Assembly (NCBI GenBank): GCA_963665975.1
Contig: OY762508.1
Coordinates: 3,357,456-3,421,455, forward strand
Reading direction: 5' to 3'
DNA length: 64,000 nucleotides
Source: Rhodothermales bacterium
GTDB taxonomy: Bacteria; Bacteroidota; Rhodothermia; Rhodothermales; Bin80
Shown here: positions 18,892-29,775 of the stretch, one piece after another
Numbering within the stretch: the first letter of the stretch is position 1
Layout: every line of letters begins with the position of its first letter
Position numbers and translations under genes: made by a program
The notes under the pieces: generated by a model
Seen by the model: the letters and a program-made list of their open reading frames with translations, nothing else
Told to the model about the DNA's origin: nothing
The model's database searches: none

Positions 18892-20082
18892 ATGGCTAAA
18901 GAACATTTTCAACGTACGAAGCCGCATGTCAACGTAGGAACGATAGGGCATGTGGACCACGGCAAGACGACCCTTACGGCGGCGATCACGAAGGTGCTGA
19001 ACGATAGGTATGGGGGTACGGAGGTGCGTTCGTTTGATTCGATTGACAACGCACCGGAGGAGCGTGAGCGCGGTATCACGATAGCGACGGCGCATGTGGA
19101 GTACGAGACGGGAGAGCGGCACTATGCGCATGTGGACTGTCCGGGTCACGCGGACTATGTGAAGAACATGGTGACGGGTGCGGCACAGATGGACGGAGCG
19201 ATATTGGTGGTTGATGCGTCGGATGGTCCGATGCCACAGACGCGGGAGCACATCTTGTTGGCCCGTCAGGTGGGAGTTCCGTACATCGTGGTGTTCATGA
19301 ACAAGGTGGATTTGGTGGATGACGAGGAGTTGTTGGAGTTGGTGGAGATGGAGGTACGGGAGTTGTTGGAGCAGTATGAGTTTCCGGGTGATGACATTCC
19401 GGTGGTGATGGGTTCGGCGTTGGGAGCGTTGAACGGGGAGTCGGACTGGGAGGACAAGATATTGGAGTTGATGGGTTCGGTGGACGGGTACATTCCGACT
19501 CCGGAGCGCGACAAGGACAAGCCGTTTTTGATGCCGGTGGAGGATGTATTTTCGATTACGGGTCGAGGTACGGTAGCGACGGGCCGGGTGGAGCGCGGAG
19601 TGGTGAAGACGGGTGAGAAGGTGGAGATTGTAGGGATACGAGAGGAGAAGCGTTCGACGGTGGTGACGGGAGTGGAGATGTTTCGGAAGATACTGGATGA
19701 GGGTCAGGCGGGAGACAACGTGGGGTTGTTGTTGCGTGGAGTGGGTAAGGACGAGGTGGAGCGCGGTCAGGTGGTAGTGCATCCGGATTCGATTACGCCG
19801 CACAAGGAGTTTTTGTGTGAGGTGTACGTATTGAGCAAAGAGGAGGGAGGTCGTCACACGCCGTTTTTCAAGGGGTATCGTCCGCAGTTTTACTTTCGGA
19901 CGACGGATGTGACGGGTGATATCGAGTTGCCGGAGGGAGTAGAGATGGTGATGCCTGGCGACAACACGCAGTTTGAGGTGAAGTTGATACAGCCGGTGGC
20001 GATGGAGCAGGGATTGCGTTTTGCGATCCGGGAAGGGGGCAAGACGGTAGGCGCAGGCGTCGTGTCCAAAATCCTGGACTAA
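18892..20082 (+). CDS. tuf: Elongation factor Tu
   Basis: 396 aa with [17 protein letters not shown] and NKVD motifs. Codon usage is atypical (see findings). Confidence 0.97.
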   Translation: MAKEHFQRTKPHVNVGTIGHVDHGKTTLTAAITKVLNDRYGGTEVRSFDSIDNAPEERERGITIATAHVEYETGERHYAHVDCPGHADYVKNMVTGAAQMDGAILVVDASDGPMPQTREHILLARQVGVPYIVVFMNKVDLVDDEELLELVEMEVRELLEQYEFPGDDIPVVMGSALGALNGESDWEDKILELMGSVDGYIPTPERDKDKPFLMPVEDVFSITGRGTVATGRVERGVVKTGEKVEIVGIREEKRSTVVTGVEMFRKILDEGQAGDNVGLLLRGVGKDEVERGQVVVHPDSITPHKEFLCEVYVLSKEEGGRHTPFFKGYRPQFYFRTTDVTGDIELPEGVEMVMPGDNTQFEVKLIQPVAMEQGLRFAIREGGKTVGAGVVSKILD

Positions 20083-20110
20083 CCTCGCGACCGAAATCCG
20101 ACACGGACTT

Positions 20111-20419
20111 ATGACAAGCCAGAAGATTCGCATCAAGCTCAAGTCGTACGATCATACGCTGATCGACAAGAGCGCGGAAAAGATCATCAAGACCGTCAAG
20201 TCGACGGGTGCTGTGGTCAGCGGACCTATTCCGCTGCCTACGAAAAAGGCGATCTATACGGTGCTGCGAAGCCCGCATGTCAACAAGAAGAGTCGCGAGC
20301 AGTTTGAGAGCCGCAGCCACAAACGGCTGATCGACATTCTGTCAACCAGCAGCAAAACCGTGGATGCCCTGATGAAGCTCGAGCTTCCCAGTGGCGTTGA
20401 TGTTGAAATCAAGGTTTAA
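20111..20419 (+). CDS. rpsJ: 30S ribosomal protein S10
   Basis: 102 aa: [25 protein letters not shown]...[15 protein letters not shown]. Confidence 0.97.
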   Translation: MTSQKIRIKLKSYDHTLIDKSAEKIIKTVKSTGAVVSGPIPLPTKKAIYTVLRSPHVNKKSREQFESRSHKRLIDILSTSSKTVDALMKLELPSGVDVEIKV

Positions 20420-20454
20420 CCCGTGTAAAAAGCGGGAGTGAAACGAGTACTGCG

Positions 20455-21084
20455 ATGAGCGGCATGATCGGAAAGAAGGTTGGCATGACCAGCATCTTTG
20501 ATGCAGAGGGGAATAACATCCCGTGCACCATCCTGGAGCTTGGTCCCAACGTGGTCGTTCAGGTCAAGCGGTCCGAAGACAAGGACGGCTACGATGCCGT
20601 TCAGTTGGGATTTGGAGCCCGAAAGCCACGCCGAACCACGAGTGCGATGCGCGGCCATTTTGGCGCTGCCGGCGTGCTGCCACAGCGCGTACTGGTAGAA
20701 TTTGCATGGTCTGGCGAAGAGCTGGCGCAGGGGGACGAAGTGCGCGTTGAAGATGTCTTCGTGGAAGGAGAAATGGTCGACGTCGCCGGAACTTCCAAAG
20801 GCAAGGGATTCCAGGGTGTTGTCCGCCGCCACGGATTCCGTGGCGTCAACGATCGGACGCACGGCCAGCACAACCGCGAACGCGCCCCTGGCTCGATCGG
20901 CGCTTCATCGGACCCGTCGCGCGTGTTCAAGGGCATGCGCATGGGTGGACGCATGGGCGGTCGCAGAACGAAAGTCAAGAATCTGGACGTGGCACGCATT
21001 TTTCCGGAGCATAATCTGATCCTCGTACGCGGGGCCGTTCCCGGTCCTGCTAATGGCGTGGTGCAGGTATACAAGAAGCCGTGA
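20455..21084 (+). CDS. rplC: 50S ribosomal protein L3
   Basis: 209 aa: GMIGKKVGMTSIFD...TSKGKGFQGVVRRHGF. Confidence 0.97.
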   Translation: MSGMIGKKVGMTSIFDAEGNNIPCTILELGPNVVVQVKRSEDKDGYDAVQLGFGARKPRRTTSAMRGHFGAAGVLPQRVLVEFAWSGEELAQGDEVRVEDVFVEGEMVDVAGTSKGKGFQGVVRRHGFRGVNDRTHGQHNRERAPGSIGASSDPSRVFKGMRMGGRMGGRRTKVKNLDVARIFPEHNLILVRGAVPGPANGVVQVYKKP

Positions 21085-21088
21085 TCCC

Positions 21089-21754
21089 ATGGAATTAGCG
21101 GTATACCATGTAGACGGGAGCGAGACAGGCCGTACGGTGGTCCTGGATGTCGGCGTCTTTGGCGCGGAGCCCAATGACCATGTGCTGTGGCTAGACATAC
21201 GGCGCACCCAGGCGACCAGCCGCCAGGGAACGCACAAGACCAAGGAACGAAGCGAAATCACCGGCAGCACGCGGAAGCTGTATCGCCAGAAAGGCACCGG
21301 CATGGCGCGCTCCGGTAATATCAAATCTCCGATCAAGCGAAGCGGCGGGCGAGCGTTCGGTCCGCGTCCGCGGAGTTATGGTCTCCGGCTGAGCCGGAAG
21401 ACGCGCCGCCTTGCGCGCCGGTCAGCGCTGAGCTACAAGGCGGGGGAGGAGGCCATTCGCGTGGTCGAGCCCCTTGTGTTCGCCGAGCCGGACACGGCAC
21501 TGCTGGTGAACCTCATGGAGGCCCTCGCCCTAACGGAGAAACGTGCTCTCGTGGTAACGGCGGCGCATGCGCCGAACGTGTACCGTTCCAGTCGCAATCT
21601 GGCGAAGATCGCCGTGCGCGAAGCACGCTGCGTGTCTGCAGAAGATATTCTGCGGGCCGGTGTGCTGGTCTGCGAAGAAGGCGCCGTGGATGTGCTTGCG
21701 CACACGCTGGGCGGTGCTGCGAAGGAAACGGTCGCCGAAGAGGCGCACGCCTGA
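21089..21754 (+). CDS. rplD: 50S ribosomal protein L4
   Basis: From the ATG at 21089: MELAVYHVDGSETGRTV...RKLYRQKGTGMARSGNIKSP. The track start at 21053 overlaps rplC. Confidence 0.93.
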   Translation: MELAVYHVDGSETGRTVVLDVGVFGAEPNDHVLWLDIRRTQATSRQGTHKTKERSEITGSTRKLYRQKGTGMARSGNIKSPIKRSGGRAFGPRPRSYGLRLSRKTRRLARRSALSYKAGEEAIRVVEPLVFAEPDTALLVNLMEALALTEKRALVVTAAHAPNVYRSSRNLAKIAVREARCVSAEDILRAGVLVCEEGAVDVLAHTLGGAAKETVAEEAHA

Positions 21755-21773
21755 ATCTAGACGGATTAACGAA

Positions 21774-22073
21774 ATGAGCCGCGAAATACTGATCCGCCCC
21801 ATGGTGACCGAAAAGCTCACGCAGCTTATGGAAGCGGGGCACTACGGCTTCGAAGTGGATATCCACGCCAACAAGATCGAGATTCGCAAGGCCGTGGAAG
21901 AGCGGTTTCCCGGGTCGAAGATTCAGGAGGTCAGGACCATGATCGTGCGCGGAAAGCGTCGGCAGCAGTTTACTCGCCGGGGCGTGCGCCAGGGGCGAAC
22001 GGCGCGCATCAAGAAGGCCATTGTAACGCTCGCGCCGGATAGCGAACCGATTAACTTCTTCGAGGGGATCTAA
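21774..22073 (+). CDS. rplW: 50S ribosomal protein L23
   Basis: From the ATG at 21774: MSREILIRPMVTEKLTQLMEAGHYGFEVDIHANKIEIRKAVEERF. Confidence 0.93.
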   Translation: MSREILIRPMVTEKLTQLMEAGHYGFEVDIHANKIEIRKAVEERFPGSKIQEVRTMIVRGKRRQQFTRRGVRQGRTARIKKAIVTLAPDSEPINFFEGI

Positions 22074-22096
22074 GCGGCCTGTAAAGGCGAAACGCC

Positions 22097-22930
22097 ATGG
22101 GTATTCGAAAGCTCAAGCCGGTAACACCAGGGCAGCGTCATCGCTCCGTTTCGGATTTCGAAACGATCACGGAGGCGAAGCCGGAGAAGCGCCTGTTGGC
22201 GCCGCTCAAGAGAAAAGGTGGCCGCAACAGCACAGGCCGTATGACGGTGCGCAGTCAGGGGGGCGGCCACAAGCGCCGCTACCGCATCATCGACTTTAAG
22301 CGTGACAAGGACGGGCCGACCGCGCGCGTGGCGTCAATCGAATATGACCCGAACCGGTCGGCGAGAATCGCGCTCCTGGTCTACTCGGATGGCGACAAGC
22401 GCTATATCATTGCGCCGGACAAGTTGTCGGTGGGTGACCGCGTCGAGAATGGGCCAAACGCCGCGCCGGAGACCGGCAACTGCATGCCGCTGTCGAAAAT
22501 TCCGCTCGGCACATTCGTCCACGCTATTGAAATGAAGCCCGGCAAGGGTGCGCAGTTGGCGCGCTCGGCAGGCACCTATGCGCAGTTGACCGCAAAGGAG
22601 GGCCGCTATGTGACGCTCAAGCTGCCTTCTGGCGAAGTGCGGCAAATCCTCGCGCGCTGCCGCGCGACGATTGGTACGACGAGCAACCCCGATCACATGA
22701 ATGTCGATCTGGGAAAGGCCGGTCGTAACAGGTGGATGGGCAAACGGCCGAAAACGCGGGGTGTCGCCATGAACCCGGTGGACCATCCCATGGGCGGTGG
22801 AGAAGGCAAAGCTTCCGGTGGCCATCCACGCTCTCCGTGGGGACAGCCCGCCAAGGGATTCAAGACACGCAAACGAAAAAAACCGTCGGACAAATACATT
22901 GTCCACCGCCGAGGCACGAAACGCAGGTAG
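22097..22930 (+). CDS. rplB: 50S ribosomal protein L2
   Basis: 277 aa: [14 protein letters not shown]...[28 protein letters not shown]...HPMGGGEGK. Confidence 0.97.
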   Translation: MGIRKLKPVTPGQRHRSVSDFETITEAKPEKRLLAPLKRKGGRNSTGRMTVRSQGGGHKRRYRIIDFKRDKDGPTARVASIEYDPNRSARIALLVYSDGDKRYIIAPDKLSVGDRVENGPNAAPETGNCMPLSKIPLGTFVHAIEMKPGKGAQLARSAGTYAQLTAKEGRYVTLKLPSGEVRQILARCRATIGTTSNPDHMNVDLGKAGRNRWMGKRPKTRGVAMNPVDHPMGGGEGKASGGHPRSPWGQPAKGFKTRKRKKPSDKYIVHRRGTKRR

Positions 22931-22936
22931 TCTCCT

Positions 22937-23218
22937 ATGGCACGTTCTCTAAAAAAGGGACCGTACGTCTACTATAAGCTGCAGCGCAAAGTAGACCAGC
23001 TCAATCAGAGCGACAAGAAAAAGGTGGTCAAGACCTGGAGCCGGTCCTCCATGATCACCCCCGATTTTGTAGGACACACCTTCGCCGTGCATAACGGAAG
23101 GCAGTTTATTCCGGTATATGTCACCGAAAACATGGTGGGCCACCGCCTGGGCGAATTTTCGCCGACACGAACGTTTCGCGGGCACGCCGGGAGCAAACGG
23201 GATAAACGGGGCAGATAA
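22937..23218 (+). CDS. rpsS: 30S ribosomal protein S19
   Basis: 93 aa: [11 protein letters not shown]...[42 protein letters not shown]. Confidence 0.97.
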   Translation: MARSLKKGPYVYYKLQRKVDQLNQSDKKKVVKTWSRSSMITPDFVGHTFAVHNGRQFIPVYVTENMVGHRLGEFSPTRTFRGHAGSKRDKRGR

Positions 23219-23233
23219 CACACGCATCCGACC

Positions 23234-23602
23234 ATGGAAGCACGCGCCATCCGAAAATATATTCGCAGCTCACCGCGCAAGATGCGCCGCGTAATCAATG
23301 TGATTCGCGGTCGCAGCGTGGCCGGAGCGCTTGAGGCGTTGCATTTTTTGCCGCAGAGCGCCACGCGACCTGTAGAGCTGACCATTCGCTCCGCCGTCCA
23401 TAATCTGATGGACCAGCATCAGGGCGAGCGGTTTGATGAGAACGATCTGTTCATCTCCTCCATCCATGTGGATGAAGGCCCGACATTTCGCCGCTTCCGC
23501 CCGGCTCCCCGGGGACGCGCGCATCCGTATCGGAAGCGCTTGAGTCACCTTACGGTCGTGGTGCGGACTGGTAGCGACATCGAAGACACTAAAGACGCCT
23601 AA
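23234..23602 (+). CDS. rplV: 50S ribosomal protein L22
   Basis: 122 aa: MEARAIRKYIRSSPRKMRRVINVIRGRSV..ALEALHF. Confidence 0.96.
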   Translation: MEARAIRKYIRSSPRKMRRVINVIRGRSVAGALEALHFLPQSATRPVELTIRSAVHNLMDQHQGERFDENDLFISSIHVDEGPTFRRFRPAPRGRAHPYRKRLSHLTVVVRTGSDIEDTKDA

Positions 23603-23627
23603 CCAACCTCAGAACCTGTAGCGGCTC

Positions 23628-24413
23628 ATGGGTCAGAAAACGCACCCTATCGGCTTTCGCCTCGGCATCATTCGCGGCTGGGATTCCAACTGGTATGCCA
23701 GCAAGAAGGATATGCCCGCGAAGCTCGTAGAGGACGAAGAGATTCGTCGCTATATGGCAGCGCGTCTCAAACGGGCGGGAATGAGCCGCATCGTGATTGA
23801 GCGCACGCCGCGGAGGATTATCCTTACGCTGCACACCAGTCGGCCTGGCGTTGTTATCGGACGAGGCGGCGCCGAGGTTGAAAAGCTGCGCGAAGAGATC
23901 AAGAAGCTGACGAACAAGGATATCCAGATTAACATCAACGAAATCAAACGTCCGGAAGTTGACGCGAGTCTGGTTGCCCAGAACGTGGCGCAGCAACTGG
24001 AGGGACGCGTTTCGTTTCGTCGCGCGATGAAGCAGGCAATTACGGCAGCCATGCGGATGGGCGCACAGGGTATTCGGATCAAGGTCGGAGGGCGGCTCGG
24101 CGGCGCGGAAATGGGTCGTGTCGAGCAGTATCTGGAGGGCCGCGTCCCTCTCCACACCATTCGCGCCGATATCGACTATTCCGACGCCACGGCCTTTACG
24201 ATCTACGGCACGATCGGCGTCAAGGTCTGGATATACCGGGGGGAAATTCTCGGCAAGCCGGATCTCAGTCCCAACGTGCAGGCGCAGCGTCAGCAGATGC
24301 AGCAGATGCACACCGGGGGACGTCGCAGTGGAGAAAGCAAGGCGAAAGATCGCAGGCGCAGAGGGGGCGGCGGGGGCCGTCGGGGCCGTTCGGGCGGAGC
24401 GCAACGTAAGTAA
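23628..24413 (+). CDS. rpsC: 30S ribosomal protein S3 with a basic Arg/Gly-rich C-terminal tail
   Basis: 261 aa: [24 protein letters not shown]... with KH and S3-C domains, tail ...[26 protein letters not shown]. Confidence 0.96.
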   Translation: MGQKTHPIGFRLGIIRGWDSNWYASKKDMPAKLVEDEEIRRYMAARLKRAGMSRIVIERTPRRIILTLHTSRPGVVIGRGGAEVEKLREEIKKLTNKDIQININEIKRPEVDASLVAQNVAQQLEGRVSFRRAMKQAITAAMRMGAQGIRIKVGGRLGGAEMGRVEQYLEGRVPLHTIRADIDYSDATAFTIYGTIGVKVWIYRGEILGKPDLSPNVQAQRQQMQQMHTGGRRSGESKAKDRRRRGGGGGRRGRSGGAQRK

Positions 24414-24454
24414 TCGTTACACGAGAGGATTTCAACAGGCCTGTGGGGTAGATC

Positions 24455-24877
24455 ATGTTAATGCCCAAACGCACCAAGTACCGCAAGCAGCAAAAGGGCC
24501 GCATTCGCGGGAATTCGTCTCGTGGAACGAGAGTGGATTTTGGCGACTTCGGACTGAAAGCGCTCGAGCCAGGCAGAATCACGAGCCGGCAGATTGAGGC
24601 CGCCCGTATCGCCATGACGCGTCGCATGAAGCGTGCCGGAAAGGTGTATATCCGCGTTTTTCCCGACAAGCCGATTACCAAGAAGCCCGCAGAAGTCCGG
24701 ATGGGCAAGGGCAAGGGATCGATTGACCACTGGGCAGCGCAAATTCACCCCGGACGGATCTTGTTCGAAATAGGCGGTGGCGTGCCACTGGCTCTTGCTC
24801 GCGAGTCCTTGCGCCTCGCACAGCAGAAGCTGCCTATCAAGACTAAAATGGTTGTACGACCTGACTACACGCAGTAA
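24455..24877 (+). CDS. rplP: 50S ribosomal protein L16
   Basis: 140 aa: [19 protein letters not shown]... Confidence 0.97.
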   Translation: MLMPKRTKYRKQQKGRIRGNSSRGTRVDFGDFGLKALEPGRITSRQIEAARIAMTRRMKRAGKVYIRVFPDKPITKKPAEVRMGKGKGSIDHWAAQIHPGRILFEIGGGVPLALARESLRLAQQKLPIKTKMVVRPDYTQ

Positions 24878-24879
24878 CC

Positions 24880-25098
24880 ATGCTGAAGGCCAAAGAGGTG
24901 CACGCGTTAAGCGTGGAGGAAATACGGGAGCGGGTGCGCGAAGAAACGGAGCAACTCCGGGAGCTCAGCTTCCGGCATGCCATTGCGCAACTGGAGAACC
25001 CGATGATTTTGCGGGAAAAGCGCCGCTTCCTTGCCCGACTCAAGACCATCCTCAAGGAGATCGAGAACGCTCCTGCGGACCTGGAACAGACTTCCTGA
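24880..25098 (+). CDS. rpmC: 50S ribosomal protein L29
   Basis: 72 aa: [41 protein letters not shown]. Confidence 0.93.
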   Translation: MLKAKEVHALSVEEIRERVREETEQLRELSFRHAIAQLENPMILREKRRFLARLKTILKEIENAPADLEQTS

Positions 25099-25102
25099 CA
25101 CT

Positions 25103-25366
25103 ATGGACTCAACTCCACGCTCGGCTCGCAAAGAGCGCATCGGCATTGTCGTAAGCAACAAGATGAACAAGAGCATCCTGGTCGGCATCCAGCGCCAGAT
25201 CAAACACCCGATGTACGGGAAGTTTATCAAGAAGACGACGAAGCTCATGGCTCATGACGAACACGACGATGCCAATGAGGGCGATACGGTGCGCGTGATC
25301 GAGACGCGGCCACTCAGCAAGAGAAAGCGTTGGCGTCTCGTCGAAGTCGTAGAGCGCGCCAAGTAA
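25103..25366 (+). CDS. rpsQ: 30S ribosomal protein S17
   Basis: From the ATG at 25103: [53 protein letters not shown]. Confidence 0.93.
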   Translation: MDSTPRSARKERIGIVVSNKMNKSILVGIQRQIKHPMYGKFIKKTTKLMAHDEHDDANEGDTVRVIETRPLSKRKRWRLVEVVERAK

Positions 25367-25395
25367 GCCGGATTCAACTCGTAACGGTACCGATC

Positions 25396-25764
25396 ATGAT
25401 TCAGCAAGAATCCAGACTCAACGTAGCGGACAACAGTGGCGCCAAGGAGGTGCTCTGTATCCGTGTTCTGGGAGGCAGCGGCCGGCGCTATGCTCGCGTG
25501 GGTGACAGGATCGTCGTCACCGTCAAGTCAGCAATTCCCGGTGGCAATGTGAAGAAGGGCGAGGTTTCAAGGGCGGTTGTGGTCCGGACCAGAAAGGAGG
25601 AACGCCGCAGGGATGGCTCCTACATTCGCTTTGATGAGAATGCGGCCGTGCTGCTCAATGCACAGGGCGAACCCAGAGGCACCCGCATTTTCGGGCCGGT
25701 GGCCCGCGAACTGCGTGAAAAGCGGTACATGCGTATCGTCTCCCTCGCTCCAGAAGTCATTTAG
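25396..25764 (+). CDS. rplN: 50S ribosomal protein L14
   Basis: From the ATG at 25396: [27 protein letters not shown]. Confidence 0.95.
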   Translation: MIQQESRLNVADNSGAKEVLCIRVLGGSGRRYARVGDRIVVTVKSAIPGGNVKKGEVSRAVVVRTRKEERRRDGSYIRFDENAAVLLNAQGEPRGTRIFGPVARELREKRYMRIVSLAPEVI

Positions 25765-25781
25765 CAAACCAAAACAGAGCC

Positions 25782-26165
25782 ATGGCTCGCGCCAACAGAA
25801 AGCGCCGGAAACCGCACGTAAAGAAAGGGGACATGGTCATGTTGAACAAGACCATCACCGCGGGAGAGGTGAGTGATGCTCGCGATGCGGGCTATACGGG
25901 CAAGGTGCTCAAAGTCTTCCCGGATAAAGACCGCATCATTGTGGAAGGGGTCAACCTGCGCGTGCGGCACACCAAGCCTAATCAGCTACACCCTCAGGGC
26001 GGGCGCGTTCAGCGCGAAATGCCCATCCATATGTCGAACGTGCAACCAATCGACTCCGAGGGCAATGCCACACGCATCGGCCGCAAACGTATCGACAACC
26101 TGGATGCGGAAGGCGGACGCTGGATCAGGTACGCCAAGACGACCGGCGAGGAGCTGGACACCTAA
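25782..26165 (+). CDS. rplX: 50S ribosomal protein L24
   Basis: 127 aa with KKGDMVMLNK...GKVLKVFPDKDRIIVEGVNLRVRHTKP (KOW motif); position in the spc operon. Confidence 0.92.
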   Translation: MARANRKRRKPHVKKGDMVMLNKTITAGEVSDARDAGYTGKVLKVFPDKDRIIVEGVNLRVRHTKPNQLHPQGGRVQREMPIHMSNVQPIDSEGNATRIGRKRIDNLDAEGGRWIRYAKTTGEELDT

Positions 26166-26179
26166 GAAAGCGGTAGACA

Positions 26180-26752
26180 ATGAATTCGTATACACCACGT
26201 CTGAAGGTGCGTTATCAGGGCGAAATCATTCCCCTGTTGCGGAAGCAGTTCGCCTACCGCAATAACCTGCAGGTGCCGCGACTGGTCAAGATCGTGGTCA
26301 ACAAGGGGGTTGGTGAGGCTACGCAGAACCAGAAGCTGCTCAACGGCGCAGTCGAGGAGCTGCGGCTGATTACCGGTCAGCAGCCCACGGTACGCCGGGC
26401 ACGCAAGAGTGTGTCGAATTTCAAGCTCCGGGAAGGCATGGCCGTCGGTGCCAGCGTTTCGCTGCGTGGAGATCGCATGTGGGAATTCCTGGATCGGCTC
26501 ATTACGCTTGCCCTGCCGCGCGTTCGCGACTTTCGCGGAGTGCCGGACCGTAGCTTTGACGGACGGGGCAATTACTCGCTTGGCATCAAGGAGCAGATCA
26601 TCTTTCCCGAGATCAATGTCGACAAGATCGAACGGATAAGCGGGCTTGATGTGACGATCGTCACGACAGCCAACACTGACGAAGAAGCTATTGCCTTGCT
26701 CAAGAATTTGGGCATGCCCTTTGTGCGGCGGGAAGGCGCAGCAGCCGCCTGA
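26180..26752 (+). CDS. rplE: 50S ribosomal protein L5
   Basis: 190 aa: ...[15 protein letters not shown]...[18 protein letters not shown]. Confidence 0.96.
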   Translation: MNSYTPRLKVRYQGEIIPLLRKQFAYRNNLQVPRLVKIVVNKGVGEATQNQKLLNGAVEELRLITGQQPTVRRARKSVSNFKLREGMAVGASVSLRGDRMWEFLDRLITLALPRVRDFRGVPDRSFDGRGNYSLGIKEQIIFPEINVDKIERISGLDVTIVTTANTDEEAIALLKNLGMPFVRREGAAAA

Positions 26753-26781
26753 GCATTTTTCTCTGTAACAACTGTAGAACT

Positions 26782-27051
26782 ATGGCAAAGAAAAGCTGGA
26801 CAGCACGCCAGAAGAAGCGCGAGCGGATGGTGGCCAAGTATGCGGAAAGGCGTCGGAAGCTCAAGGAGGCTGGCGACCATCAGGGGCTGCAGCAATTGCC
26901 ACGCAATGCAAGCCCCTCCCGTTTGCGCAACCGATGCCAGCTGACTGGCCGGGCGCGTGGCTATATTCGCGTGTTTGGGATTTCCAGAATTGTCTTTCGG
27001 GATATGGCCCGTGAAGGCAAGATTCCAGGCATACGCAAGGCGAGCTGGTAA
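26782..27051 (+). CDS. rpsN: 30S ribosomal protein S14 (long, non-zinc form)
   Basis: 89 aa: ...[43 protein letters not shown]. It has a single Cys, so no CxxC pairs. Confidence 0.95.
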   Translation: MAKKSWTARQKKRERMVAKYAERRRKLKEAGDHQGLQQLPRNASPSRLRNRCQLTGRARGYIRVFGISRIVFRDMAREGKIPGIRKASW

Positions 27052-27085
27052 TGCTCATCGAAACGGAACCTATAAGCCTCGACCT

Positions 27086-27487
27086 ATGAGTGGAATCACG
27101 GACCCTGTGGCGGATTATCTGACGCGTATCAGGAATGCCCAGATGGCGGCGCATCGCTTCACCGATGTGCCGGCGTCCAAAATAAAGCGTGCCATTACCC
27201 AGATCCTCCTGGAAAAGGGATATATCCGGCATTATCTCAACGTTGACGACGGCAAGCAGGGACTACTCCGAATTTACCTCAAGTACGACCGTAAGGGTCG
27301 GCCAGTAATCCAGGAGTTGACGCGCGTGTCCACCCCCGGCTTGCGCCAGTACGTGAACGCGAAGGATCTGCCTCGGGTGCGCAATGGCCTGGGGACTGCG
27401 ATTGTATCCACCTCGCGAGGGGTGATGACGGACAAGGAGGCACGCAAGATCAACGTGGGAGGCGAAGTGCTGGCGTACGTCTTTTAG
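27086..27487 (+). CDS. rpsH: 30S ribosomal protein S8
   Basis: From the ATG at 27086: [32 protein letters not shown]. Confidence 0.94.
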   Translation: MSGITDPVADYLTRIRNAQMAAHRFTDVPASKIKRAITQILLEKGYIRHYLNVDDGKQGLLRIYLKYDRKGRPVIQELTRVSTPGLRQYVNAKDLPRVRNGLGTAIVSTSRGVMTDKEARKINVGGEVLAYVF

Positions 27488-27531
27488 GCTGTAACCGGGT
27501 CCCGACGGCGGGGCCGAAGGCGAGAACTACT

Positions 27532-28089
27532 ATGTCCCGGATTGGAAAGCTGCCGATTGACTTCAGTGGAGACGTGAAAATCACGCTGGAGCCGAATAAC
27601 GTGGTGAAGGTCTCCGGACCCAAGGGAGAGTTGCATCTGCAGGTCGACCCCGAGATCACCGTTGAAGTAGAAGCAAGTCAAGTACATGTCAAGCGTCCCA
27701 CGGACCAGAAGCGGCACCGGTCGATGCACGGTCTGTACCGGTCACTCATCCAGAACATGGTGATCGGGGTGGCGACGGGGTACCGCAAGGAGCTGGAAGT
27801 GGTTGGCGTTGGGTCGAGGGCCGAGGTCAAGAACGGAATCCTGGAACTGGCCTTGGGTTTCTCGCATCCGATCTATTTCCTGCCTCCAGAGGGCATCAAG
27901 GTTTCGGCGGACCCCGGACGCCGGGGACAGAACCCGAAGATCACCATCGAGGGCATCGACAAGCAGATGGTCGGACAGGTAGCCGCCAAGATCCGCGCAT
28001 TGCGGCCACCCGAGCCGTATAAGGGCAAGGGAGTGCGCTATGTAGGCGAATACATACGCCGCAAGGCTGGCAAGACAGCAGCCCGCTAG
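27532..28089 (+). CDS. rplF: 50S ribosomal protein L6
   Basis: 185 aa: MSRIGKLPIDFSGDVKITLEPNNVVKVSGPKGEL. Confidence 0.96.
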   Translation: MSRIGKLPIDFSGDVKITLEPNNVVKVSGPKGELHLQVDPEITVEVEASQVHVKRPTDQKRHRSMHGLYRSLIQNMVIGVATGYRKELEVVGVGSRAEVKNGILELALGFSHPIYFLPPEGIKVSADPGRRGQNPKITIEGIDKQMVGQVAAKIRALRPPEPYKGKGVRYVGEYIRRKAGKTAAR

Positions 28090-28122
28090 TCATCCATCGG
28101 CGACGATAACGGAAACAATCAC

Positions 28123-28488
28123 ATGGCGACCAGGAAGCTCAGGACAGAAAAGGCGGCGCGGCGTTTTCGCGTAAAGCGCAGCGTGCGCAGAAAGGTGACC
28201 GGCACGACCGATCGACCCAGGCTATCGGTGTTTCGGTCCAACAAGCACATTTATGCCCAGCTTATCGATGATGTGGCTGGGCGGACCCTGGCTTCGGCAT
28301 CGAGTCTGGACAAGGGCATCGAGGCGGGTACGCCCGTTGAAATTGGTCACCAGGTTGGGGTGCGTCTAGCAGAGCGGGCCAAAGAGGCCAGCGTAGAGCA
28401 GACGGTGTTTGATCGCAACGGCTATCGATACCATGGCCGGATAAAGTCCCTCGCTGACGGTGCTCGCAGTGGCGGCCTGAAATTCTAG
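28123..28488 (+). CDS. rplR: 50S ribosomal protein L18
   Basis: 121 aa: ...[20 protein letters not shown]...[20 protein letters not shown]. Confidence 0.96.
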   Translation: MATRKLRTEKAARRFRVKRSVRRKVTGTTDRPRLSVFRSNKHIYAQLIDDVAGRTLASASSLDKGIEAGTPVEIGHQVGVRLAERAKEASVEQTVFDRNGYRYHGRIKSLADGARSGGLKF

Positions 28489-28507
28489 AAAACCTGACGT
28501 ATAGCAC

Positions 28508-29032
28508 ATGCCAAGACAACACAGGGGGCGCCGCGAAATTGCAGACCAGAAAGAATGGATTGAGCGTCTGGTGACGGTCAATCGCGTGGCGAAGGTGGTT
28601 AAGGGCGGTCGCCGGTTTTCGTTCAACGCCGTCGTCGTGGTCGGTGACGGGGAAGGTCTCGTAGGCGCTGGGCTCGGCAAGGCCAATGAAGTGGCTGACG
28701 CCATCCAGAAAGGCACCGAAGACGCCAAGAAACGAATGCTTCGGGTGCCGGTGACCAAGCATGGAACGATTCCGCATCGCGTGATCGGCAAGCAGGATGC
28801 GGGACGCGTGCTCTTGCAGCCGGCCTCGCCAGGAACGGGGGTCATCGCCGGTGGCGGCGTGCGCGCCGTTCTCGAATGCGCGGGTATCAAGGATATCCTG
28901 TCGAAATCGCTGGGGACCAGCAATCCGCACAACCAGGTCGGAGCAACACTGAACGCATTGGAACGCCTGGAGGACCCGATGGAAGTGGCGCGCCGCCGCG
29001 GCATTCCGCTGAGGAGAGTCTTCGAAGGATAG
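28508..29032 (+). CDS. rpsE: 30S ribosomal protein S5
   Basis: 174 aa: ...[39 protein letters not shown]. Confidence 0.96.
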   Translation: MPRQHRGRREIADQKEWIERLVTVNRVAKVVKGGRRFSFNAVVVVGDGEGLVGAGLGKANEVADAIQKGTEDAKKRMLRVPVTKHGTIPHRVIGKQDAGRVLLQPASPGTGVIAGGGVRAVLECAGIKDILSKSLGTSNPHNQVGATLNALERLEDPMEVARRRGIPLRRVFEG

Positions 29033-29049
29033 TAACCCGACACGTCGTA

Positions 29050-29238
29050 ATGGAACTACGCATCACACAGACTCGCAGCCTCATACACAGCTCGGAGCGG
29101 CAGCGCCGCACCGTGGCCGCTCTTGGGCTGCGCCGTATCAGACACTCCGTCGTACACACGGACTCTCCGTCGCTGCGCGGTATGCTCAATCAGGTACGGC
29201 ACCTTGTAGAGGTTACGGAAGTAGAGCCTACGGCCTAG
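29050..29238 (+). CDS. rpmD: 50S ribosomal protein L30
   Basis: From the ATG at 29050: MELRITQTRSLIHSSERQRRTVAALGLRRIRHSVVHTDSPSLRGMLNQVRHLVEV. Confidence 0.9.
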   Translation: MELRITQTRSLIHSSERQRRTVAALGLRRIRHSVVHTDSPSLRGMLNQVRHLVEVTEVEPTA

Positions 29239-29271
29239 TCTTGGCCGAGTGGTCTAAACCTTGAAAAAGCA

Positions 29272-29745
29272 ATGGACTTGAGTAATCTAAAGCCCGCCGC
29301 AGGCTCCACCAGGAAGCGCAAGCGCCTCGGACGTGGTGTTGGAAGTGGCAAGGGAGGGCACAGCAGTACACGCGGCAACAAGGGTCAGAAGAGCCGTTCG
29401 GGACATCATGCGATGCCCGCGTGGTTCGAGGGTGGACAGATGCCCCTGCAGCGCAGGGTGCCGAAGTTCGGCTTCAAGAATCCATTTCGCAAAGAGTATC
29501 GGGCCATCAACCTCTCGAGGCTGCACGAGCTTATCGAGGCCGGGCGGCTGGATCCAGGCGAGCCCGTGACGCCGGAGACTCTTTGTGCGCTCGGGCAGAG
29601 CAACAAGCATGACATGATCAAGATTCTGGGCGGCGGCTCCATTGCCGATCCACTAACCATTCGGGCGCATGCCTTTACCAAATCGGCACGCGCAAAGATT
29701 GAGGCTGCCGGTGGACAGGCCGTAGCCGTTCCCGCAAATGCCTGA
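29272..29745 (+). CDS. rplO: 50S ribosomal protein L15
   Basis: 157 aa: MDLSNLKPAAGSTRKRKRLGRGVGSGKGGHSSTRGNKGQKSRSG...GGQMPLQRRVPKFGF. Confidence 0.96.
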   Translation: MDLSNLKPAAGSTRKRKRLGRGVGSGKGGHSSTRGNKGQKSRSGHHAMPAWFEGGQMPLQRRVPKFGFKNPFRKEYRAINLSRLHELIEAGRLDPGEPVTPETLCALGQSNKHDMIKILGGGSIADPLTIRAHAFTKSARAKIEAAGGQAVAVPANA

Positions 29746-29775
29746 TCCGGGATAACCGACAAGCCAGGACGCGAA

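Noticed and set aside
18823-20142. A 439-aa ORF on the minus strand spanning the whole of tuf.
   Set aside because: It is the codon-aligned antisense frame of EF-Tu. Its product is His/Arg/Leu/Gln-rich junk (the reverse complements of GTG, ACG, GAG, TTG). It stays open only because tuf lacks TTA/CTA/TCA codons.
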